DNA of 64,000 nucleotides from Bdellovibrio sp. (GCA_036677065.1 JAKFBS010000002.1:608001-672000); one strand, 5' to 3'; positions 30,479-40,239 are shown, counted from the stretch's first letter. A program made the numbers and translations. The notes: generated from the letters alone by a model not told the origin.

Positions 30479-31511
30479 CTGGAAAGATATTAAAAATCGC
30501 GATCACGGCTTAACGTTTGATGACGTGTTAATTATGCCAAAAAAATCTGAGATGAAATCGCGTAAAGACCCGTCATTAAAATCTCGCATCACCAAAACTA
30601 AATTTTTAGAGACTCCTATTATTTCTGCCAACATGGATATGGTGACTGAAGCCCGTATGGCGATTGCTATGCACCAGTTCGGCGGCTTAGGTATTCTTCA
30701 CCGATTCATGGACACTGATAAACAAGTGGCAATGATTGAAGAAGTTAAAGCTTCAGGTGCGGGAATCATTTCTGCAAGTATCGGTGTGAACGCCGATTTT
30801 AAAGAACGCGCGCACGCGATTGTAAAAGCTGGTGTGAATTTGATGACGATTGATATCGCTCACGGGCACTCGATTTCGATGATGGATACTTTAAAATGGC
30901 TAAAAGATACATTTCCTGGTTTAGAAGTTATCGCTGGTAATTTAGCTACGCCTGATGCGGCGATTGATTTGATCGAAGCCGGAGCTGACGCCATTAAAGT
31001 TGGTATCGGCCCGGGCTCGATGTGCACAACTCGTATTATTACTGGATGCGGAGTTCCGCAATTAACAGCAATTGCATTATGTGCTGAAGCTGCTGAAAGT
31101 TACAATGTTCCGGTAATCGCTGATGGTGGTATCAGAACTTCTGGTGACATGGTTAAAGCTTTCGGCGCAGGAGCCTCGGTTATTATGCTGGGTTCGATGT
31201 TATCTGGAACCATTGAAACTCCGGGAGACATCGTCAACGGTAAAAAACAATACCGCGGAATGGCTTCTAAAAAAGCGCAAGTTTCTTGGCGCGGTGATAT
31301 GCCAAAAGGCATGGCTCCAGAAGGTGAATCCACTTTTGTAACTGTTAAGGGTCACGTTGAAGATGTGTTACATGAACTGTGCGGCGGCATCCGTTCTGGT
31401 ATGACTTACATGAATGCGCAAACCATCGCAGAGATGCGTGATAAAACTCATTTTATGGAAATGTCTTCAAACGGAATTTCAGAATCACGCGCTCACGGAG
31501 TGAGAACTTAA
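30462..31511 (+). CDS. IMP dehydrogenase/GMP reductase family protein without CBS domains
   Basis: [45 protein letters not shown]. Confidence 0.9.
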   Translation: MGLMFNWKDIKNRDHGLTFDDVLIMPKKSEMKSRKDPSLKSRITKTKFLETPIISANMDMVTEARMAIAMHQFGGLGILHRFMDTDKQVAMIEEVKASGAGIISASIGVNADFKERAHAIVKAGVNLMTIDIAHGHSISMMDTLKWLKDTFPGLEVIAGNLATPDAAIDLIEAGADAIKVGIGPGSMCTTRIITGCGVPQLTAIALCAEAAESYNVPVIADGGIRTSGDMVKAFGAGASVIMLGSMLSGTIETPGDIVNGKKQYRGMASKKAQVSWRGDMPKGMAPEGESTFVTVKGHVEDVLHELCGGIRSGMTYMNAQTIAEMRDKTHFMEMSSNGISESRAHGVRT

Positions 31512-31513
31512 GA

Positions 31514-32323
31514 ATGTCATTTGATCATCGCCCTATCGGAGTTTTTGATTCAGGAATCGGAGGACTAACAGTTCTTCGTGAACTCTTAAAAAACTTTCCG
31601 GAAGAAAATTTTATTTATCTTGGTGATACTGCACGCCTACCTTATGGCTCTAAATCGGCCGATACGGTTCGTAAGTACACTGAACAAAATATGAATTTTC
31701 TAAAAAATCGCGATGTGAAAGCTATTGTTGTCGCTTGTAATACAGCTTCAACGCAAGTTTTTGAAACTGAGTACGAAGGGCTTCCTGTTTATAATGTGAT
31801 TGATCCAGGCTCTGAATTAGCAGCTAAAATCACCGAAAATAATCGCGTCGCAGTTATTGCAACTCGCGCGACAGTAAAATCTGAAAGCTATACGAAAAAA
31901 ATTAAAAACCACAAACCTGAAATCGAAGTGTTTAGCGCTGCATGCCCGCTGTTTGTTCCGCTGGCTGAAGAAGGCTGGCATGATGACCCGATCACGAACT
32001 TGATTGCTTTTAGATACCTACAGGGTTTAAAAGCCCACGATGTAGATACTGTGGTATTAGGTTGCACGCACTACCCGTTATTAAAAATCTCGATTCAAAA
32101 AGTTTTTGGTAATCACGTAAATCTTGTCGATTCAGGCGAAGCGATCGCTAAATTATTAGCTGAAGACATGACTAAAAATCGGGTGATAAAAAACAACCAA
32201 CCTTCAGATAAATTATTAATTTGTCTGACTGATGCTGGATCGCAATTTGAAAAATTGGCGCTTTCTTTAGTGGGTGATTTCACTGAACAAAAGATCGTTT
32301 TCGAAACAGTTTCTGTCATTTGA
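31514..32323 (+). CDS. murI: Glutamate racemase
   Basis: FDSGIGG, PYGSK, ACNTAS, LGCTHYP. Confidence 0.96.
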   Translation: MSFDHRPIGVFDSGIGGLTVLRELLKNFPEENFIYLGDTARLPYGSKSADTVRKYTEQNMNFLKNRDVKAIVVACNTASTQVFETEYEGLPVYNVIDPGSELAAKITENNRVAVIATRATVKSESYTKKIKNHKPEIEVFSAACPLFVPLAEEGWHDDPITNLIAFRYLQGLKAHDVDTVVLGCTHYPLLKISIQKVFGNHVNLVDSGEAIAKLLAEDMTKNRVIKNNQPSDKLLICLTDAGSQFEKLALSLVGDFTEQKIVFETVSVI

Positions 32324-32392
32324 TGATTTTTTTTACACCCTAAACTCACCTAACCGCATATATTATCTTAAGTCTTGGCGCGGTCTCTGCTT
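32298..32392. repeat. ~95-bp direct repeat copy 1 (murI 3' end plus sigma54 promoter)
   Basis: GAAACAGTTTCTGTCAT..TTTTTACAC..TGGCGCGGTCTCTGCTT, repeated at 33082-33178. Confidence 0.8.
32376..32391 (+). promoter_or_regulatory. sigma54 -24/-12 promoter
   Basis: TGGCGCGGTCTCTGCT vs consensus TGGCACG-N4-TTGC. Confidence 0.7.
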
Positions 32393-32405
32393 ATTATTCT
32401 TACGC

Positions 32406-33074
32406 ATGAAAGCTTTAACCGCTAAAATTTTAATTCTAATACCGGCAATACTTGTGACGTTGGCTTCATGTTCACCAAGTGAAAAGCCCAACGAGGCTGC
32501 ACCTGTTCCTGCTGTAGAGCCCTCTATGCAAGTCGGCGACATTATCTTTCACAAAAGCAAATCGCAGCAGTCTAAAGCTATTCATGAAGCTGCAGAATCT
32601 GAATGGACGCACGTTGGCCTTATCGTCTCTAAAAATGGCGAATGGTATGTGGCTGAAGCCATCGGCCCGGTCGTATCGACTAAGCTTCAGGATTTCATCA
32701 ACCGTGGTAAAGACAAAGAATATAAAATCTATCGTTTCAAATATTTTAACGCCGAAACTATGGAAGCTGATTTGATCAAGGCTATTAAAAAACAAAATAA
32801 AAAATATGACATTTACTTCGAGTTTTCAGACGAAAACACCTACTGCTCTGAATTAGTTTACAAAGCCATGTTAGATGTAACCGGTCATGAGCTTGGCAAA
32901 ATTCAACAGTTTAAAGACTTAAAACTTGAAGGTCCTTACGTCAAAGATATGATTAAAAAACGCCTGACTGATAAAGGCCGTGTGTTAGATCCAGAAGAGT
33001 TAATTATTACTCCGATTTCACAGATGTTTGATGCTAATTTAACTCTGGTCAAAGAAGTTCTTAAAAACCGCTAA
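32406..33074 (+). CDS. YiiX/YebB-like permuted papain-like (NlpC/P60) hydrolase, lipoprotein
   Basis: LASC lipobox; GDIIFH, WTHVG, YDIYF, YCSELV. Confidence 0.88.
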   Translation: MKALTAKILILIPAILVTLASCSPSEKPNEAAPVPAVEPSMQVGDIIFHKSKSQQSKAIHEAAESEWTHVGLIVSKNGEWYVAEAIGPVVSTKLQDFINRGKDKEYKIYRFKYFNAETMEADLIKAIKKQNKKYDIYFEFSDENTYCSELVYKAMLDVTGHELGKIQQFKDLKLEGPYVKDMIKKRLTDKGRVLDPEELIITPISQMFDANLTLVKEVLKNR

Positions 33075-33081
33075 CGACTGC

Positions 33082-33178
33082 TTTTGAAACAGTTTCTGTC
33101 ATCTGACGATCTTTTTTACACTCAAAAGGGCCTCTAGCCGTGTTAAATTACAGCTAACACATGGCGCGGTCTCTGCTT
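33082..33178. repeat. ~95-bp direct repeat copy 2, including an identical sigma54 promoter (33162-33177)
   Basis: See copy 1. Confidence 0.8.
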
Positions 33179-33196
33179 TAAACCTTTGGTAACTCT

Positions 33197-34903
33197 ATGA
33201 AAGCAGTACGTATGAAACCGACTATGTCTAAAATTCCAGTTCTATTACTTAGCCTAATTATGGCTTTATCGGCCTGTGCACCAAGCACTCAGCGCGCAAG
33301 CAATACAGGTAAAAACCAAGAATCCGGCATCACCAATGGCGAAGATGAACTTCCGCCCGTTGTTGAACAAGATCTAGTTTCAAACACTGATAATTTTCAA
33401 AAACTATTAGAAGAACAAGGTAAAACGGCAGCAGATTACGAAACCCCTACCCAATCTATTACTAATGGTGAAGACATCATGTATGTCGGTTATACAAAAT
33501 TAAAAAACATCAAATCAGTTTATGACCGTACAAAAAACGAATTAGAAGTTTCAGGGCTAGCTGAAATCATGAATGCCGATAAAAAAACAATTCGCGTAAG
33601 CCAAACTTTTAAAATCAAAGGTAAATATAAAGCAAAGACCGGAACAATTAATCTACGCCCAGTCGATGAAGAAAAAAATGAAAACGGCGTTCAGGTTCGC
33701 GCTGTGGTAACATGTTTAAAAAGTGATTTAGACGAAAAATATGACTGCGCTCGCGCCATTATTGATTTATTTATTAAACATCAAAATAACTATTACACTG
33801 AACAGTTAGAATCGACCGCTTTTGAAAAACCAAAAATGGTTGGTGGCAAAGAAACTCCTAAGTCTCAGCCCACCGCGCCAGAAGTTAAAATCGAAATCAC
33901 TGAACCCGAAATAGTAAATCCGGTGAAAGTGACTCCTGATCAAGAGCCGGCAAAACCAGTTATTGATACAAAAATTAAAGATGCCCCCGCAGCGTCTGCG
34001 GCCGTAGTCGTTAAAGTGATCGATGAAACTAAAGAAGAAGCTGACGGCGAAGCTGTTGCTGAAGTTGAAGAAGGCGATGATGGCGCTATCCAAGGCCGTT
34101 ACGAAGGTAAAGCCGCATTAGTTAAATTAGCTAAATTATTCTTAACACCAAAAGATATCGAAGAATTAGATTCAGACGATGAAGATGACGACCAAGTTGA
34201 AGATAAAAAACAAGCGGTCACTCCTGAAGTAAAAAAAGACACTCAAGGCCGCCTAAAGTTAACGAATCAAGCTATCGGAAGCCCTGATCAAGGCAGACTT
34301 CGTAATGCTTCGTTTTTAAAAACGCATTTAGATACTTACAACTTAACAAATAAAATCGTGATCGCGAATTCTTCGACAAAGAATTATTATGGTACACAAG
34401 AAATGATGAATGTCTTAGAGGCTGTTGGCGATAAGGCTTATTCTTTTCAACAAAATAAAATTCACATCAGCCGTATTTCTGCAAAACAAGGCGGACGCTT
34501 ACCTCCATCGGTCAGTCATCAAAACGGCATGGATGTGGATGTTGGTTACCCGACGGTTCAGGGCCGAGTTGGCTTTCCGATTGTGGCCTCTGGCGGATCA
34601 ATGAAAAAATCTGATTTTTCGATCGCTAAAACTTTAGAGTTATTTAAATTTATTATGACTCAGACGGTTTCTCCGGTCGATCGCTTATTCGTAGACCAAT
34701 CAATCATTAATAGACTTTGTAAAGAGGCTAAAGACAGTGGTCGTTTTAAAGGTTCTGAGCGCGCAGCTTTTGTGAAATTATTTGAAAACATGCAGCACGT
34801 TGCAGGACATGGAAATCACTTTCACATGCGCCTACGTTGTACACCGAACCAACCAGATTGCCGTCACAAAATTTATAGAAAAATGAATAACTGCGCAGGC
34901 TAA
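33197..34903 (+). CDS. Lipoprotein with C-terminal MepA-type (penicillin-insensitive) murein endopeptidase domain
   Basis: LSAC lipobox, acidic linker, AIGSPDQGRL, YYGT, GG..SHQNGMDVD, HGNHFHMRLRC. Confidence 0.85.
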   Translation: MKAVRMKPTMSKIPVLLLSLIMALSACAPSTQRASNTGKNQESGITNGEDELPPVVEQDLVSNTDNFQKLLEEQGKTAADYETPTQSITNGEDIMYVGYTKLKNIKSVYDRTKNELEVSGLAEIMNADKKTIRVSQTFKIKGKYKAKTGTINLRPVDEEKNENGVQVRAVVTCLKSDLDEKYDCARAIIDLFIKHQNNYYTEQLESTAFEKPKMVGGKETPKSQPTAPEVKIEITEPEIVNPVKVTPDQEPAKPVIDTKIKDAPAASAAVVVKVIDETKEEADGEAVAEVEEGDDGAIQGRYEGKAALVKLAKLFLTPKDIEELDSDDEDDDQVEDKKQAVTPEVKKDTQGRLKLTNQAIGSPDQGRLRNASFLKTHLDTYNLTNKIVIANSSTKNYYGTQEMMNVLEAVGDKAYSFQQNKIHISRISAKQGGRLPPSVSHQNGMDVDVGYPTVQGRVGFPIVASGGSMKKSDFSIAKTLELFKFIMTQTVSPVDRLFVDQSIINRLCKEAKDSGRFKGSERAAFVKLFENMQHVAGHGNHFHMRLRCTPNQPDCRHKIYRKMNNCAG

Positions 34904-34912
34904 AAGCTACGC

Positions 34913-36094
34913 TTAGATAAACACTTCAGCTGCGATATTTTTTAGATTATAGGTGCTTGCCATACTGCGAACGTAAGCACCGCAATCTGCCATCACTAAT
35001 AAATCCATCTCTTTAGTTTCATATAATTCGAAATTTTTATGAAACACATCTGATGATTCACAGATTGGCCCGACTAAAGAGTAATTTAACTTCGCATCAG
35101 AATGTTTTTTCAAATTATAAAAATGGTGATGCGCTTGGTATAATGATGGGCGCATATTATTATTCATTCCAAGATCAAGAACTAACATATTTTTATTTTT
35201 AATATACTGCACCTGACAGATAAACACCGCAGACCTTGCCACGATAAAACGGCCAAGCTCAGATAAAACATCAGCGTTGAAATCTTTTAATGAATCTTCG
35301 TACGCTGATTTTAATAAATTCCAACGTTCGAAATCCAGATCTAAATCATGAGATTTGTAATCAACGCCTAATCCCCCACCCACATCAAAACGATCTAAGT
35401 TTGGAAATTGTTTTTTTAAATCTAAAAAATAAACTTTCATTTTTTCAACAGATTCTTTAAATACCATTGGATCAAGAATTTGCGAGCCGATATGAAAAGA
35501 TAAACATTTAAATTCAACTAATGGATTTTTCTTAATCACATCTAAACATTCAGGCACATCATTTAAATCAATGCCGAATTTAGAATCTTTAAGTGCTGTT
35601 GAAATGTAGGGATGCGTTGGCGTGTCGATTAAGGGATTTACACGCAAGCCCACGCTGATTTTTTTATTTTTATGGGTGGCGATTTCACTGATACGGCGAA
35701 GTTCTGCCGCAGATTCTACGTTGATCTGATAAATTTGTTGATCAATCGCAAATTCAATCTCGGCAATGGTTTTACCAACACCAGAAAAAATAAAATCTTT
35801 CGGGCTAAAACCGCAATCAAGGCCATGCTTAATTTCACCAAGGCTTACCACATCAAGGCCACAGCCCCCGTCTTTAAATAGTTTTAATATTTCAGGGTGG
35901 TAATTCGATTTCATCGCAAAATGCAGCTGTTTAAGCTTTGTCCAAGACTTAACCCAGGCAATACGTTCACTGATCAGTGATTTTTGATACACCAAGACAG
36001 GCTCTTGGTAGTTAGAAACTACTGGTAAAGCGCTTAATTTAGCGCCAGCAAAGTGGAGTTCGTTATTCTGATAGGTGAATAGTTCGCGTGACAT
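34913..36094 (-). CDS. lysA: Diaminopimelate decarboxylase
   Basis: FAMKSN, DVVSLGE, SKFG, HIGSQ, GGGLG, ELGR, GPICESSD, GAY. Confidence 0.94.
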   Translation of the reverse strand: MSRELFTYQNNELHFAGAKLSALPVVSNYQEPVLVYQKSLISERIAWVKSWTKLKQLHFAMKSNYHPEILKLFKDGGCGLDVVSLGEIKHGLDCGFSPKDFIFSGVGKTIAEIEFAIDQQIYQINVESAAELRRISEIATHKNKKISVGLRVNPLIDTPTHPYISTALKDSKFGIDLNDVPECLDVIKKNPLVEFKCLSFHIGSQILDPMVFKESVEKMKVYFLDLKKQFPNLDRFDVGGGLGVDYKSHDLDLDFERWNLLKSAYEDSLKDFNADVLSELGRFIVARSAVFICQVQYIKNKNMLVLDLGMNNNMRPSLYQAHHHFYNLKKHSDAKLNYSLVGPICESSDVFHKNFELYETKEMDLLVMADCGAYVRSMASTYNLKNIAAEVFI

Positions 36095-36111
36095 TTCAGC
36101 TATCTTAGCTA

Positions 36112-36786
36112 ATGATCTTAAGAATGAAAATGATTAATTTAGGTTACACAAAATTAGGTCTTCCGCTTCATGGATATCATTTTACTCCTGTATCGGGTAA
36201 AGCTAAAAACCGCGCCCTTGTTATCGGCGGCATTCACGGTGATGAGCCAGAAGGCGTTGTCGCAACGCGCGGCTTACTCGATTCATTCTTAAAAAACTAC
36301 ACTTTAGATTTAGAATTAGTGTTGGTTCCTGAAATGAACCCTGAAGGTGTATTACTTAAAACACGTGGTAATTCAAATAAAGTAGATCTTAATCGCAATA
36401 TGGCGACAAAAGATTGGTCTCCGGTTGCAGCTAGCGAACGCTATCACCCAGGCCCTGCTCCGATGAGCGAACTTGAAAATCAGTTATTAGCTAAATTTAT
36501 TGAAGACTTCAAACCGACCGTTATTTTTTCGCTGCATTCATGGAAGCCGATGTTAAACACCAATGGTGTTTTACCAGAAGCAGACGCTATCGCCAAAATC
36601 ACAGGATACGAAATTCACCCCGATATCGGCTACCCGACACCTGGTTCACTTGGCACCTGGGCAGGCTTTGAAAGAAACATTCCCACATTAACTTATGAAG
36701 TTGAACGCGATATTTCATTTAAACCCATTATTGATATTCATGTGCCAGCGATCATCGAAGGCCTAAAAATCACAGCCCAAAGGTAA
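36112..36786 (+). CDS. mpaA: Murein peptide amidase A-like M14 Zn carboxypeptidase
   Basis: GGIHGDE, NPEG, DLNRN, SLHS, IGYPTPGSLGTW, TYE. Confidence 0.8.
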   Translation: MILRMKMINLGYTKLGLPLHGYHFTPVSGKAKNRALVIGGIHGDEPEGVVATRGLLDSFLKNYTLDLELVLVPEMNPEGVLLKTRGNSNKVDLNRNMATKDWSPVAASERYHPGPAPMSELENQLLAKFIEDFKPTVIFSLHSWKPMLNTNGVLPEADAIAKITGYEIHPDIGYPTPGSLGTWAGFERNIPTLTYEVERDISFKPIIDIHVPAIIEGLKITAQR

Positions 36787-36817
36787 ACAAGTCGTGTCGA
36801 AGACACGCGGAGAAACA

Positions 36818-37633
36818 ATGAAACAAGACATTCTTAAATTACACCAAACATTAGCCGACAATAAAGACTACCAAATCTCAGCTTTCGATAAAGAATTGAT
36901 CTTAAACGCGATGAATGAGCTAGATACCGGTAAAATCCGCGTTTCAGAAAAAGTAGAAGGCCAATGGATCACCAATGAATGGGTTAAAAAATCTATTCTT
37001 TTATATTTTCGTATCACGACAAATAAAGTGATCAACTCTGGTGATTTATCTTACTTTGATAAGATTCCCGTTAAAAAATTTGGCGAAGCCAATGGCGTTC
37101 GTGTTGTTCCGCAAGCGATCGCGCGTTTTGGTTCTTTCATTGAAGCAGGCGCAATACTTATGCCTTCGTATGTAAATATCGGAGCTTACGTAGGTTCGGG
37201 CACAATGGTTGATACCTGGGCCACGGTTGGATCATGCGCCCAAGTGGGAAAAAATGTTCACTTATCTGGTGGTGTTGGTCTTGGCGGAGTTTTAGAACCG
37301 GCACAAGCACAACCGGTTATTGTTGAAGATGATTGTTTTGTTGGTAGCCGTTGCATCGTGGTTGAAGGTGTTCATCTTGAACCCGGTGTTGTGTTAGGTG
37401 CTGGTGTTACAATTACGGCTTCGACAAAAATTATTGATGTGACTCAAAAAGATGTGGTTTACAAAGGCCGCGTTCCTGCAAATTCTGTAGTGATTCCGGG
37501 TGTTGAGATGAAAACTTACCCTGCTGGAACATACGGTGTACCTGCAGCTTTAATTATTGGACTTCGAAAAGAATCAACGAATAAAAAAACATCGTTAAAC
37601 GATGCACTTCGTGATTTTAACGTTAGTGTTTAG
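36818..37633 (+). CDS. dapD: 2,3,4,5-tetrahydropyridine-2,6-dicarboxylate N-succinyltransferase
   Basis: EWVKK, DKIPVK, RVVP, MVDTWATVGSCAQ, GGVLEP, LNDALR. Confidence 0.95.
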   Translation: MKQDILKLHQTLADNKDYQISAFDKELILNAMNELDTGKIRVSEKVEGQWITNEWVKKSILLYFRITTNKVINSGDLSYFDKIPVKKFGEANGVRVVPQAIARFGSFIEAGAILMPSYVNIGAYVGSGTMVDTWATVGSCAQVGKNVHLSGGVGLGGVLEPAQAQPVIVEDDCFVGSRCIVVEGVHLEPGVVLGAGVTITASTKIIDVTQKDVVYKGRVPANSVVIPGVEMKTYPAGTYGVPAALIIGLRKESTNKKTSLNDALRDFNVSV

Positions 37634-38861
37634 ATTTTAAAAGAATGGCCGGTTCGATTTTCAAAGAAGCTCGAGCCGGAATATAACAGCCAACAACCGC
37701 AAGTGCTGTTACGCCCAAGACCACATAAAAAGTAAATACCGGATTCACTAACGCCGGAATCGAAGAATCATAATAAACCGCAGGCAAAATATTTAAGGGG
37801 TAATACTGCAGATAATATCCTGCAGCTACGCCAACGAAGGTTCCTAAAAACAACCCTGATAATGAAATCCATAAGCCCATCATTAAAAATAACATCAGCG
37901 TATTTTTTGATGAATAGCCAAGGGTTTTAATAATCGCGATATCTAATTTTTTTTGCGACATAATAAGAGCTAACACTGTTAAAATTGAAGACGACGCAAT
38001 TAATCCCGCAAGCCCTAGAAATACCCCGATCATGGTTTTTTCCATAAACAGGGCAAAAAATAAATCCGAGTTTTTTTGCTGCCAAGATTCAACGTGCTCA
38101 AAACCTTGGGCTTCTAAACTGGTTCTTAGCGGCTCCATTTGGTTGATATCTTTTAACCACACATGATAACCGCTGGTCTTAGACGGACTTTGTCGTAGTG
38201 ATTTGATCGATAAGTCTTTATTAAAAAATAATAATTTTGAATCAAGATCATATAAATCGGTCGTTACAATTCTACGAATAGTGGCCTTTTCAAAAATCGG
38301 AGCTTCCATAGAGCTCAACAACAAACTCTCGGCCGGAATCAGTGTGACCATGTCACCTTCTAACAACCCAAGAGATCTGGCCAGATCAATCCCCACCGCG
38401 ATTTCATTAGCCTGAAGTTCTAGATCGATATCAAGTGATGGATCATAAAACACAAACCTTGGATCTTGGTTACTTACTTTTAAATCTTTAAGTTGTTTAA
38501 ACCAAAAACTAATTCCCGCTTGGTCATACCCGATCGCACTGGTTCCGCGAAATTGGCCATCCACTGTTCGAAGCATTAGATCATAACTCTCGTAAGGAAT
38601 AACCGACATGTCATTGGTTGAAGGAATCTCGGCTAAAACCTTTTCTTTTTTAATGATATTTAAATGCGGGTCTAAAGCTAAGATACGGTTTTTGATATTG
38701 TGGTTCATGCCATTCATGACAAAAAGCACCAAGAAAAAGATCGCGACACTTAAAGTAATGGCGATAAACGATAGTAACGAAATCCGGCGAATCAACGAAG
38801 CTGATCTGTTGGAAATAATTAATTTAGTTAAAAAGAAATAACTTAACGAATCTCGCAGCAT
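37623..38861 (-). CDS. LolC/LolE-type (FtsX-like) ABC permease
   Basis: VLFVMNG, ALFMEK, KKLDIAIIKTLG, PA..LKIEP. Confidence 0.85.
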   Translation of the reverse strand: MLRDSLSYFFLTKLIISNRSASLIRRISLLSFIAITLSVAIFFLVLFVMNGMNHNIKNRILALDPHLNIIKKEKVLAEIPSTNDMSVIPYESYDLMLRTVDGQFRGTSAIGYDQAGISFWFKQLKDLKVSNQDPRFVFYDPSLDIDLELQANEIAVGIDLARSLGLLEGDMVTLIPAESLLLSSMEAPIFEKATIRRIVTTDLYDLDSKLLFFNKDLSIKSLRQSPSKTSGYHVWLKDINQMEPLRTSLEAQGFEHVESWQQKNSDLFFALFMEKTMIGVFLGLAGLIASSSILTVLALIMSQKKLDIAIIKTLGYSSKNTLMLFLMMGLWISLSGLFLGTFVGVAAGYYLQYYPLNILPAVYYDSSIPALVNPVFTFYVVLGVTALAVVGCYIPARASLKIEPAILLKSKH

Positions 38862-38870
38862 GCGAGCTTA

Positions 38871-38964
38871 TTAGAACACTTTTCTTAATGATTTATCAAG
38901 GCGCAAGGAGGAGGCCCTACTAACAGTAGGCCGACGACGCGGCAACGCAGAGAAATCTAGAAAT
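38871..38964. repeat. Palindromic intergenic element (MITE/ERIC/RPE-like)
   Basis: GC-rich CAAGGCGCAAGGAGGAGGCCCTACT-AAC-AGTAGGCCGACGACGCGGCAACGCAG inside imperfect AT-rich inverted ends; single copy in window. Confidence 0.5.
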
Positions 38965-39643
38965 GAGCGACTTTTTTAGTCGGCGCTGTTTCATCAAAAT
39001 AGATGATGCCTTCTTCTAAAAACAGTTTGTTATGGCCAATATGGTTCATCGCCGTTGGATGATGGTTGGTCATAAAAATGTGGCGTAAATGCCCAGCACG
39101 TTGTTTGTACTGAATAAGGTCTAAAAAGTTTAACCACTGTGCCTCTGTAAGGCCTGAGGCAGGGTCTTCTAACAAAAGCATTTGCGGATTTTTAGCAATG
39201 GCTTGAGTCATAAAAACCATCTTTTGCACGCTATAGCTGAATTTGCCTAACTCATTATTCAAATAAGGAGTTAGATCCAACTGTTCACAAATCACTTGAA
39301 GTTCTTCTGGCGTTGTAAACTGGCTCAAAAAAGCTTTCACAGTGATACTTAAATGGTGATGGCCACCCTCAAAGTATGCGCCCATAATTGAACGTGGGTC
39401 GACTTCATGTTCGTCAGCAAAAATATCCTGACCGTTCCATAAAATGCGACCCGAAGTGCATGGACGAGCACCCGATAAAAACTGTAAAAATTGTAATGAA
39501 CTATTTGGATTTGATGATTCAATCACCACCGTTTGATCTGCAGGTAATTCAAAATCTACGCTTTGTAAAACGGGATCTGTGCCCGGTTGTAAAAGAGTAA
39601 CGTTTTCTAAGTAGACTTGATTTAGATCAAATAAATTTGCCAT
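38957..39643 (-). CDS. ABC ATPase-fold protein with degenerate Walker A and signature motifs
   Basis: ENVT..VLQSVDF, SGRILWNG, NPQMLLLEDPASGL retained; P-loop position reads ESSNPNSS. Confidence 0.75.
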   Translation of the reverse strand: MANLFDLNQVYLENVTLLQPGTDPVLQSVDFELPADQTVVIESSNPNSSLQFLQFLSGARPCTSGRILWNGQDIFADEHEVDPRSIMGAYFEGGHHHLSITVKAFLSQFTTPEELQVICEQLDLTPYLNNELGKFSYSVQKMVFMTQAIAKNPQMLLLEDPASGLTEAQWLNFLDLIQYKQRAGHLRHIFMTNHHPTAMNHIGHNKLFLEEGIIYFDETAPTKKVAHF

Positions 39644-39658
39644 CAAGGCTTTATCGGC

Positions 39659-40234
39659 TTATGCGCCGATAAAGTTAACTAGACCGAAGACTGTATAGAA
39701 CAGTGATTTCACTAATTCTAAGGCAAAATCAAAAACTGATTGTTCTGACCTAGAATTGGCTAGCGTAAGCTTCTTGATATCGATGGTGTTCGGAAAGACA
39801 TCGCGAAAGATCGAATAAGCTCTGGCCATATGCAATTGCGAAGTCACTAATAAAACATCCTGGCATTTAAGTGATTCAACCAAAACTACAGATTGATGAG
39901 CATTACCAAAAGTTGTTTGTGATCTTTTTTCTAAGATCACATCATCGGGATTAATTTCATTATAATACGGCCAATACGGAAAAACTTCAGTGTAGGTGGC
40001 CTCTTTAAAAACCCCCGACACGATTAGTTTTTTGATGCGTTTTTGCTGAAGAAGTTCAAAGCCTTCACGGATTCTTCCGGGTGCGCCAGTTAAAACAACC
40101 GCACAATCGGCCTCAGTCGTTTGCGACCATACATTGATCGGTTCATCTTTTATTTTTTTGGCGTGAATAAATAAAATACTTACACCAATTAAAAAGAAAA
40201 CATAGAAGATCAATGATTTGGGTCTAAATGACAT
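39659..40234 (-). CDS. YdcF/ElyC (DUF218) family protein
   Basis: VVLTG..GRI, IVSG, E.RSQTTFGNA, LVTSQLHMARA. Confidence 0.9.
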   Translation of the reverse strand: MSFRPKSLIFYVFFLIGVSILFIHAKKIKDEPINVWSQTTEADCAVVLTGAPGRIREGFELLQQKRIKKLIVSGVFKEATYTEVFPYWPYYNEINPDDVILEKRSQTTFGNAHQSVVLVESLKCQDVLLVTSQLHMARAYSIFRDVFPNTIDIKKLTLANSRSEQSVFDFALELVKSLFYTVFGLVNFIGA

Positions 40235-40239
40235 CGAGC

